Source: an uncultured Bacteroidia bacterium (GTDB taxonomy: Bacteria > Bacteroidota > Bacteroidia > Bacteroidales > Prolixibacteraceae). From it: a stretch of DNA of 64,000 nucleotides. Below, piece by piece: positions 28,630 to 36,378 of this stretch. Made by a program: the position numbers and the translations under genes. Where the stretch lies: the NCBI GenBank assembly GCA_903927965.1, contig CAIYPA010000299.1:2975-66974 (forward strand), given 5' to 3'. The notes below the pieces were generated by a model, which did not search any database, was not told where the DNA came from, and worked only from the letters and a program-made list of their open reading frames with translations. Numbering within the stretch: the stretch's first letter is position 1; every line of letters begins with the position of its first letter.

Positions 28630-29571
28630 TTATTTGATTCCTATTTTTATAGCGACGGTTCGGTTTTTTTGCTGGTTTTGATGGTTATCGTTTATAAACG
28701 GGACTTTATCCACACTCAGGATGCCTGTCAAAATATCCTCGTTAAGTATCCTGCTGTTTTTAAGGATTATTTTACCAACCGCCATTGCACGTGCCTGCCT
28801 TAACGAATTGTCATCATTGAAATATTGGCCCTGCACAATTTGCACATCGTCCGAACACCCCAATATCGACATCAAGATTCGCCCGGCAAATGGATCAAGC
28901 ATTTTTGCCAAAAGGGCAATGGTCTCAATTCCGGTTTTTAACGGCTTGGCCCCTTTACGGAACAACCCTTCATTAAAGGTAACCAATAAGGTTCCATTAT
29001 TCTCGACAACGTTAATTCCAGCCACTTTGGCGAGGTTGGTTTTGACTTCATTCAGTATATTTGTGGAAGATCTGATTTCCCTAATTGCTGGTAGGGCATC
29101 AATCTTAGCGAGCAATGTAATTTGTTGTTCCTGAAGTAATTTCATGTTAGCCGACTGCCTGTTTATTCCTGCCACTACGGTATATAACAGTAAACCAATT
29201 GCGATTAACGACAAGGTTAGGACAACACCTTTGAACCTGAAGAAACGGTAAAAGACACGGCTTTTCTGAAGTTGGTCGATCCGGTGTAATGCGGAGATAA
29301 AGTGATTGTTGTTCGGATCAGCCTTCAGACACTTTCTCCAAAGGAACGAAGCCTCGTTGAACATTCCCTGTTGCGCATAGATTTTGGCCTGTAAATCCAT
29401 CAATGCCAGATTGTCACCAAACGATTTTGATAAACCGGAGATATAAGAACTTGCGGTGATATAATCGCCCTTAAAAGCAGCCTCAGAGGAGAGGTGCATA
29501 TAATAATCAAACAAAAGCTTGTTGATCTCCTCTGGGGTACTTTGAAAATCCATTTTAGATATATCGTTCAT
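28630..29571 (-). CDS. TPR - transmembrane - OmpA/MotB-like domain protein
   Basis: 313 aa. N-terminal TPR-like repeats (...AKIYAQQGMFNEASFLWRKCLKADPNN...) and one TM helix (VVLTLSLIAIGLLLYTVVAGI). The C-terminal OmpA-like pattern is FNEGLFRKGAKPL...ILGCSDD...NSLRQARAMAVGKIL...NRTVAIKI. Confidence 0.6.
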   Translation of the reverse strand: MNDISKMDFQSTPEEINKLLFDYYMHLSSEAAFKGDYITASSYISGLSKSFGDNLALMDLQAKIYAQQGMFNEASFLWRKCLKADPNNNHFISALHRIDQLQKSRVFYRFFRFKGVVLTLSLIAIGLLLYTVVAGINRQSANMKLLQEQQITLLAKIDALPAIREIRSSTNILNEVKTNLAKVAGINVVENNGTLLVTFNEGLFRKGAKPLKTGIETIALLAKMLDPFAGRILMSILGCSDDVQIVQGQYFNDDNSLRQARAMAVGKIILKNSRILNEDILTGILSVDKVPFINDNHQNQQKNRTVAIKIGIK

Positions 29572-29581
29572 ATACAGTTTA

Positions 29582-32077
29582 TTACCTTAATGTTGTTCCA
29601 CCAAAACGATTATTTTCGCCCTGCTCGCCCACCGGCAACAATTCGCCAAGCCCTCGGACCACTGTTTTTAAAGTGTCGATATCGTTGTTTTGGATCGCCC
29701 TTTCGCCGCTTGAAATCAATTCATCTGCCCTACTGCCATCTTTCATGTCGTGTTTTTTCTCTTTCAGGTTTGAAAGCCGTAAGATCCAATACTCTGGCAG
29801 CTTGTGCAACATCGTAAAATAAAGGATATCCGTCTCATCGATCCTTCGCCTGAGAAGGTCCGGATCTTTTGAGGCAATTGCCTTGTCGATTTCCCGCTCC
29901 AATCTGGTTAGGTTCTGCTTGTCGGCAGCATCGCCGTAACTATCGGCAATCCTCCGTGCATCCTCTTTGAATGCGATGGCCTCGTTGACCAGAGTAGGCC
30001 ATGCAAGCGAATCTTCAACCTGATCGAGCCACGACTTTAAGTCAAGGATCCTGTTGTTTGCCTTGATCCTCGCATCGGGATCCACTTTGGCTGCCTCGAT
30101 CAAAGTTTCGATCTCTTCCAAAACGTTCTCCTTGTCCATCTGGCCAAAAATCGAAAGAGCCTTTAAATCCTTTTCAGTTCGCGACTTTTCATATAGTTTG
30201 TCGTACAATTCTTTGTCCTTTGCAAAATCGGCTTTCAGATCCTTGACCTTTGCAGGTTCGATGACCAGATTGGCCTCCACCTCAAATTCTTCATCCAATA
30301 CGGGGATATAGGCTTTTGCCTTTACCAACCTCGATTTATCGACCATAATGGTGATTTCGATTTCGCTCCCTGCCGGCAATGTCCTTCGGATCTTGTTGCC
30401 AGGGATCGACAAGGACCCGATCAGCCGGTTGTGGTCTGCATGGCGGCTGTTTTCCCCTTCGACGATGGGGATATGGAGCAAATCCTCTTTTTGCCCTGCC
30501 CTTACTTCGTTCAGGTTCCGGTGGACGCTCATATTTTTGGCAGGCAACGAAACCCCTTTGCTCAACAAAAAGTCGGTTTCGTTATTGGCCATTGCGATAC
30601 CGATCGAATGGATCAACGGAAAATCGGCCGAAACAATCCCTGTTGTGTAGGACAAAGCTTCGGGGTTGGTTTTTTGCCTTATTCCGGTGTTGTTGAACAA
30701 TTCGATTAAAAATTCGTTCTTTTTCCCCTTTTCGGCCCAAAGCTGGCTAAAGAAGTCACCCTCTTCGGATATGTGGATTTTACCGCTGCGCCATTCCGGC
30801 CTTGTAGTTTTGTTTACAAATTCGATTGTAAAGCCCGAAAACTTCGTTAACCCATCAGAAATTATTTTGCCACCGATAAACGGTTCCGTATCGGAGCCAA
30901 CGGGTTGATAGTCCAATTCGAGCAGCAATTCGTTCTTTTCGGTCTTGGTATCTTTATTTACCGGTATGATCTGAGTCCCTGCAAAAATCGCTGCCCCTTT
31001 TGCCACAACCGTTATGGGGTAAATGCTGTATTCGAGCGGGATACCCAAACCTTCATTGGGGTCGGCAAGCATTTCGCGCAGATAGGGGATCATGGAGGTA
31101 CCCCCAACCATTATTATTTTCTCGATGTTGGCCGTTCCCAACCTTTTTTCCAGCAAAACCTGTTTACAGATATTGATCGACCGGACAATAAACGGCTTGG
31201 CCAATCTTTCAAAATCGGTTCTCGAAACCTCGCATATAAATTCAACCGCTTCACCGTTACTGTTTTTGTACAGGTTGTCGATCGTTATTTCGATTGAATC
31301 CTCCAACGAGAGCCTAATTTTTGCTTTCTCAGCTTCCGCTTTGAGTTTTGCAAACGCACCAAGGTATAACTTGTTATCGCGTGCAAAATCTCTCAATTTG
31401 AATTCCTTGATCACTGACGGTACCAATAACTTATTGACGATTTCCCAATCGAGGTTCTTCCCGCCAAGCCCATTGTCGCCGCCATGGTGGACAACTTCGA
31501 TCTGTCCGTCTTTGATCCGGATAATTGCAGCGTCAAAAGTGCCGCCGCCAAAATCGTAAACCAACCAGAATTTATTGTTGCTTTCGCTCTGGAAACCATA
31601 AGCCATGGCGGCAGCAATGGGCTCCTGCAAAAGAGGGTGGTTAATAAACCCCGCCATTTCTGCAGCCTTGTTTGTAGCCGAGCATTGGGGAAGTTCAAAA
31701 GCAGCCGGCACCGTAATGACCACAGACGTTATGTCCTCGCCCAATTGCCGCCTCACATCGTTCTTTAATGCTTTTAGCACCATTGCCGAAAGTTCTTCAG
31801 GGCTATAGCTTTTGCCGTTGCGGGCAAACGTGTATTTTGCATTGGATCCCATTTGCAATTTGAATTCGCTGAAAGCATTTTCAACATCGTCTTCGAGGTG
31901 CCCTTTTGCCCGAAGCCCCACATGTTCGGCTTCTTTTTTGTCGATCCAAACTGCCGAGGGGGTGAATTCGTTGCCATCGTTGTTTTTAAACACTTCTGCG
32001 TCCAATCCGTTCAAACGTGCTATTGTACTGTTGGTTGTACCGAGGTCGATCCCGAAATCAATTGTTACGTTTTTCAT
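29582..32077 (-). CDS. Atypical Hsp70-family ATPase (831 aa) with inserted and extended C-terminal regions
   Basis: Actin-fold ATPase motifs [22 protein letters not shown] and MVGGTSMIP. An SBD-beta-like block (HSIGIAM...LHIPIVEGEN...IGSLSI...EIEITIMVD) is present. About 110 aa lie between NBD and SBD, and a ~220-aa helical tail follows. It is distinct from dnaK at 17999. Confidence 0.85.
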   Translation of the reverse strand: MKNVTIDFGIDLGTTNSTIARLNGLDAEVFKNNDGNEFTPSAVWIDKKEAEHVGLRAKGHLEDDVENAFSEFKLQMGSNAKYTFARNGKSYSPEELSAMVLKALKNDVRRQLGEDITSVVITVPAAFELPQCSATNKAAEMAGFINHPLLQEPIAAAMAYGFQSESNNKFWLVYDFGGGTFDAAIIRIKDGQIEVVHHGGDNGLGGKNLDWEIVNKLLVPSVIKEFKLRDFARDNKLYLGAFAKLKAEAEKAKIRLSLEDSIEITIDNLYKNSNGEAVEFICEVSRTDFERLAKPFIVRSINICKQVLLEKRLGTANIEKIIMVGGTSMIPYLREMLADPNEGLGIPLEYSIYPITVVAKGAAIFAGTQIIPVNKDTKTEKNELLLELDYQPVGSDTEPFIGGKIISDGLTKFSGFTIEFVNKTTRPEWRSGKIHISEEGDFFSQLWAEKGKKNEFLIELFNNTGIRQKTNPEALSYTTGIVSADFPLIHSIGIAMANNETDFLLSKGVSLPAKNMSVHRNLNEVRAGQKEDLLHIPIVEGENSRHADHNRLIGSLSIPGNKIRRTLPAGSEIEITIMVDKSRLVKAKAYIPVLDEEFEVEANLVIEPAKVKDLKADFAKDKELYDKLYEKSRTEKDLKALSIFGQMDKENVLEEIETLIEAAKVDPDARIKANNRILDLKSWLDQVEDSLAWPTLVNEAIAFKEDARRIADSYGDAADKQNLTRLEREIDKAIASKDPDLLRRRIDETDILYFTMLHKLPEYWILRLSNLKEKKHDMKDGSRADELISSGERAIQNNDIDTLKTVVRGLGELLPVGEQGENNRFGGTTLR

Positions 32078-32108
32078 TTTTATGTGCTGATTATTAAGTT
32101 TATAAAAA

Positions 32109-32600
32109 TTATTCTGTTGGTGTCCCTACTATCACTTCACCCATGACGATCCGCTCACCTTTAAAGTAAATGGTGGGTTTGATCGTATCGATGATTGTCT
32201 CTTTTTTCAGACCCGGCGTAGGCTGGAATGTTAAAACCTTCAACGATAGGCCCGAATCAAAGTCGTTGTTGTCGTGATCCTGGATTTCGATCCCCTCCTT
32301 TTCCATTGCAAAGATCACAGATTCGAGGTGCCGGTACGTTCTTTTCATATCCTCGAATGGCTGGTTTGTGGCACGATCAACCATTCGTTTTTTCATCCGC
32401 CAAACGCCAACGGCAAGCTCGGCGACAAAATTGAGGTTGGTTTCATTTCTAACCTCCTTGACCGCAGGAGCAATTTGTTCTTTTGTTAATCCAGCTATTA
32501 GGTTTTCAAGGTTATTTAGGAGATCTTCGCTTAAAACTAATGGAACAATTCGGAACTCTTTTGGAAATTGTAACTGTTTAATACTTTCTATTTTTTTCAT
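32109..32600 (-). CDS. GrpE-like nucleotide exchange factor (short form)
   Basis: 163 aa. A helical N-half is followed by EKEGIEIQDHDNNDFDSGLSLKVL...IDTIKPTIYFKGERIVMGEVIV. This mirrors the GrpE pattern G.E.I...G..FDP..H.A.......V....GY...GR..R.A.V.V. Confidence 0.65.
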   Translation of the reverse strand: MKKIESIKQLQFPKEFRIVPLVLSEDLLNNLENLIAGLTKEQIAPAVKEVRNETNLNFVAELAVGVWRMKKRMVDRATNQPFEDMKRTYRHLESVIFAMEKEGIEIQDHDNNDFDSGLSLKVLTFQPTPGLKKETIIDTIKPTIYFKGERIVMGEVIVGTPTE

Positions 32601-32612
32601 ATATAGTTTATT

Positions 32613-34343
32613 TTAGCGTGCTTCGATTGGTTTTTCGCCATATTGCCATCCCTTTTCACGAAGTTCGACAATTTTTGGATATTGTAAATAGTAAACATAC
32701 TCCTTGGTTGTAAGTGTATGTATTTCAACCATATCCATTTTTATTTTTTGCGGTGAAAAAATATATCCGATTAACATTCCTAAAGCCGCAAAGTTTAGGA
32801 ATGTGAAATAGAGCCAGAAATCTAAATGTTCAAATCCGAGTTCAAGTATACCAAAAAAAGCGAAAAGGCTCAGACCCAAGCTAAAAATAAAGCCCCCAAA
32901 TATGTTAACTAAAATTTTTTCGTTTACCTGTGAATTTTTTTCCAAAATACTGTTTCTTTCTTTTTCAGTTTTGTTGTATAAATCATGCTCCTTTTTGCAA
33001 TTTGGGCATCTTGGAACTTCAATTGTATTGTGGCTCCACTTTACCGAATAACTTCCGTAAATCCCTGGCATATATGGATATTCGCGACCGCCAATGTCAA
33101 CAACTTTCCTCACGTTGCCGCACATTTTTATTTTAACTACATGGCTTTCATCGCTTTTATTTTTTTCACAAAAGAAACAAGTATTGTATAGCTTGTCGTA
33201 TTCTATATTGCTTATATAGATTTTCAGGTTGCCATTGACTTTTTGCTTCGCCGATTCGCCCTTCACAATGGAAATCAATTGCTCATAGATCGGTAACGCT
33301 TTTTCGTATTCCTCGCTTGCATTGGTGGCCGAATTGACAAGGTACATGGCTTCGAGCGACACTTCGTCGTGGGCAACTTCGCGCAACGAATTGTTGGCTG
33401 GCAACAGGATATCAAGTATTTCAAGCAAAGGTTTAGTCTGGTCGATCAATTTTTGGCTTGCCTCCAATTCGCCAACATGGTTCGGATATTTTTCATTAGT
33501 AAAAGACTTTGTGGTAATTTTAATCCTGTTCCTGATCGGTTCCACTGTTTTACGTAATGCCACATCACCTGCCTCTTTGCCAAATTCTGAATTTAGGATA
33601 AGTTCCAAATGCCTTTTGGCTGTTTGGGAATCCTGTTTTTCGGCAGCCTTGAGCGCAAGGTTCGCGTTGATCAACAACAATGCCATGGGCAATGATCCCC
33701 TGAATTCCTGAACAAAGCTTGTTGTCATGCGGGGGTCGTCCAATTGAATGATTCTTTCCGAAAACTTGTGCCAGAACCCTTCATGGTCAATAAGTAATTT
33801 CCACCTTTTAAAGGTTTTGACCCATTGTTGTTCAAGGTTGGCTGTTTCAGGCTTCTTCTGTGGATAGCCGGATAGTTCATCGTCAAGTATTTGCAAATGA
33901 GATAGAATTGCAAGGTTATGGCGCGATACATTTGATTCGGTCAACATATTTTCATATTCGATCCAGGTCTTTTCAGCCGCAGCAATATCCTTGTTTGATA
34001 AAAACCCAAGGGCTTTATCGGAATTTGCCATCTCAAAATCGTGAGGCCAAAACCAGAAAAACTCGTCAAGAATTCTTGTTTCGGGTTCGCGCAATCTGTG
34101 GAGTGCCAACCTGTGCTGGTCGGTATCAGGAGCTGGAACGATTGGAAATGGAGTTTCTGTGCTGATCGTTTTGTTGCCGTATTTCTCCATCAGTTGGTTT
34201 TTCTGCATCTGCGTGGTTATTTCCCGTGTCGTGGCGTTCACAGAAAGACCCGAGATACGAAAAGCGTTTCCCCTGTATATTTCAGGTACTGCTGCCTGAA
34301 GGAGGATCAAACATTCGTCATTTGTTGCTTTTTTTGGTTCCAT
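32613..34343 (-). CDS. J-like (no HPD) helical protein with CxxC...CxxC zinc ribbon and C-terminal two-helix membrane anchor
   Basis: 576 aa. The N-terminus NAFRISGLSVNATTREITTQMQKNQLM...LREPETRILDEFFWFW resembles J-domain helices II-III, but no HPD tripeptide occurs anywhere. A ribbon CFFC(55 aa)CPNC is present. Two hydrophobic helices are ILVNIFGGFIFSLGLSLFAFFGIL and FWLYFTFLNFAALGMLIGYIF. Confidence 0.5.
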   Translation of the reverse strand: MEPKKATNDECLILLQAAVPEIYRGNAFRISGLSVNATTREITTQMQKNQLMEKYGNKTISTETPFPIVPAPDTDQHRLALHRLREPETRILDEFFWFWPHDFEMANSDKALGFLSNKDIAAAEKTWIEYENMLTESNVSRHNLAILSHLQILDDELSGYPQKKPETANLEQQWVKTFKRWKLLIDHEGFWHKFSERIIQLDDPRMTTSFVQEFRGSLPMALLLINANLALKAAEKQDSQTAKRHLELILNSEFGKEAGDVALRKTVEPIRNRIKITTKSFTNEKYPNHVGELEASQKLIDQTKPLLEILDILLPANNSLREVAHDEVSLEAMYLVNSATNASEEYEKALPIYEQLISIVKGESAKQKVNGNLKIYISNIEYDKLYNTCFFCEKNKSDESHVVKIKMCGNVRKVVDIGGREYPYMPGIYGSYSVKWSHNTIEVPRCPNCKKEHDLYNKTEKERNSILEKNSQVNEKILVNIFGGFIFSLGLSLFAFFGILELGFEHLDFWLYFTFLNFAALGMLIGYIFSPQKIKMDMVEIHTLTTKEYVYYLQYPKIVELREKGWQYGEKPIEAR

Positions 34344-34367
34344 TTTTTATTCAGATTATGATGTTGT

Positions 34368-35471
34368 TTATCTTGAAATTCCTTTTCTCCACAACTTGGC
34401 CAAATACTCATATTTCTCCTTGTAATCGGGGAAACGGAGAAAAGCCTGTTCGAGCAGATCGGCCGCATCGTTCAATTTGTTCGAATAAATGCTAAGGCTT
34501 AATGCCTCTTTCAGTAACTCGGTAGCTTTCGTTTCGTCAACCGGTGTGTGCACCCCCAAGGCTTCCTTTGTTGTTTCTGCTTGGTTTATAGCGATATCCG
34601 TGTGTTTGGCTGTTTTAGAGGGTTTCCATTTTTTCAGGTCCTTTAAGAATTCCATTGCGTTCAGGTACCTTGCCGATGGTTCAATGGCCAATGCCTTCAA
34701 AGTGATCTGGTCCAGAAATGGATTTACGTTTAAATTCAAACGACTTGGCGGGATAATCGGCACCAAAAAACTGGAATGGTCAAAGAACTCGTTTTCAACT
34801 ATATCGGCAAAAGGCAAACGGTCCGTCAGCATAAGATAGAGAATACAACCGATAGCCCAAACATCGCCTGCACATGAATCAAATTTGTAATCTTTGTAAA
34901 CTTCGGGCGATTTAAAGATTTTGGTCCCTTTGGCACTGGCAAGAAGGGTAAGCGGGTTGACATGTTTTGCCAGGCCAAAATCGGAAACCCTAACCCTAAT
35001 CCCTTCCGAATCGTACCCGATCAAAATATTCTGTGGCTTAATATCCCTGTGAATGATAGGTGGGTTTTCGCTGTGTGAAACAGCAAGTCCCTGGCAGATC
35101 TGTGTAATAACCTGAACGGTAGTCTCAATCGGAACAACCCGATTGTCGTACGATTGCCAGAACTTGTCGAGGCTGCCCCCTGCAACATATTCCATAGTAA
35201 AATAGCCGAAAATGCCCTTCTGGGTTGTCGAGACATTGGCATCGAATACCCTTACAATATTGGGATGCCCGATCTGGGACAGGAGTATGGCTTCGCCCAT
35301 GATCTTCTCGATTTCATCCATCGTCATCCCGAATGTTTTGAAAACCTTCATTGCTTGCCTGCCCAGAAACCTGTGTTTCACCCGGTAAACTTCGGCGAAA
35401 GCCCCTTCACCCAAAAAGCGCTCAACTTCGTAGGTATTGTTAATTCTTTGTCCTTCAGTTAGTATAGCCAT
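34368..35471 (-). CDS. Hanks-type Ser/Thr protein kinase, cytosolic, with helical (TPR-like) tail
   Basis: 367 aa. G-loop LGEGAFAEVY, AMKV lysine, catalytic loop HRDIKPQNIL, DFGLAK, and an APE-like SPE. No TM segment. Confidence 0.92.
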   Translation of the reverse strand: MAILTEGQRINNTYEVERFLGEGAFAEVYRVKHRFLGRQAMKVFKTFGMTMDEIEKIMGEAILLSQIGHPNIVRVFDANVSTTQKGIFGYFTMEYVAGGSLDKFWQSYDNRVVPIETTVQVITQICQGLAVSHSENPPIIHRDIKPQNILIGYDSEGIRVRVSDFGLAKHVNPLTLLASAKGTKIFKSPEVYKDYKFDSCAGDVWAIGCILYLMLTDRLPFADIVENEFFDHSSFLVPIIPPSRLNLNVNPFLDQITLKALAIEPSARYLNAMEFLKDLKKWKPSKTAKHTDIAINQAETTKEALGVHTPVDETKATELLKEALSLSIYSNKLNDAADLLEQAFLRFPDYKEKYEYLAKLWRKGISR

Positions 35472-35483
35472 ATTGTCATTTTT

Positions 35484-36224
35484 TTAAGGATTGGTAATTA
35501 GCCGATATCCCATACCCCTTATGTTGACGAGGTATGATGGGTTTTTAAAATCGGGCTCTATTTTTTTCCTCAATGCCGCGATAATGTGATTGACATCGTT
35601 TGCGGTATGCTCATAGGCATCGTCCCAAAGAGCCGAAATCAGCTCATCGAAGGTACACATCACCGGAATATTCTCGTTTGATTTGTTTTTTTGATCCATA
35701 AACCTCAGTAGTTTGTGTTCCAATGGAGTTAACGAACCAACTTCGATTACTTTGTTATCTTTGTAAATCAGCAGTTTGGCCTGGACCCAATCATAACACA
35801 ATCCTGATTTGAAATTTTCGTGATTTTCGGTAGCCAGTGGGTCTTTGTAATGCAACTCCCAATATTTGGCAGGTTCTTCAACACCAATACTGGCAAGTAC
35901 CATGATGATATCGTCGTTTTGCAATTTCAATTCGCCTTTCACTTTCTGTACAGAATTTTGCCGTTTAACAAAAGTCCCGTTCTTACTTGCATTGTCGATT
36001 ATCCATGATGTACAATTCTTGACCTCAATCGAGCAGTGCATATACCGTGTGACCAACTGTTGGGGATCGGGCAAAAGGGAGATATCGTTTAGGTCCTCCA
36101 ATCGTCCAATGATGATCTTGTCTTTATCGACAACCCTCCTGGTTTCGACACCATCGATTGATCTGATTGTGATATAAGGCTTTACAATATTCACCTTTTT
36201 GACTTGTTTTATATTTTGCGTCAT
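35484..36224 (-). CDS. FHA domain - OmpR/PhoB-type winged-helix DNA-binding regulator
   Basis: 246 aa. FHA block IIIGRLEDLNDISL...VTRYMHCSIE...IIDNASKNGTFV. The C-terminal Trans_reg_C pattern is LTPLEHKLLRFM...LISALWDD...VNHIIAALRKKIE...IRGMGYRL. Confidence 0.8.
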   Translation of the reverse strand: MTQNIKQVKKVNIVKPYITIRSIDGVETRRVVDKDKIIIGRLEDLNDISLLPDPQQLVTRYMHCSIEVKNCTSWIIDNASKNGTFVKRQNSVQKVKGELKLQNDDIIMVLASIGVEEPAKYWELHYKDPLATENHENFKSGLCYDWVQAKLLIYKDNKVIEVGSLTPLEHKLLRFMDQKNKSNENIPVMCTFDELISALWDDAYEHTANDVNHIIAALRKKIEPDFKNPSYLVNIRGMGYRLITNP

Positions 36225-36287
36225 GCTCCTGAAATTTTATTTTAAATCTATGTCGGTAAAAATACGTCCCCGATCATGTCGAATCAA

Positions 36288-36318
36288 TGGAATTTTGGTT
36301 GAAAAAGAGTGGAATTTT
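36288..36318. promoter_or_regulatory. Direct repeat TGGAATTTT x2 spaced 22 bp apart, candidate operator upstream of the FHA-wHTH gene
   Basis: tggaatttt occurs at 36288-36296 and 36310-36318, within the 154-bp gap between the phosphatase stop and the FHA-wHTH start. A function as a wHTH site is inferred only. Confidence 0.3.
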
Positions 36319-36378
36319 AAGTATTGTAGGAAACCCACAATTTCACTTGATATTGTCAAATGCGGGAAACCTAAAATA

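Noticed and set aside
30054-32146. Many 80-155-aa plus-strand ORFs overlapping the atypical Hsp70 gene.
   Set aside because: All are antisense to the 831-aa Hsp70 with its intact ATPase motifs. Their translations are Ser/Phe/Leu-rich and featureless, and several overlap one another in different frames.
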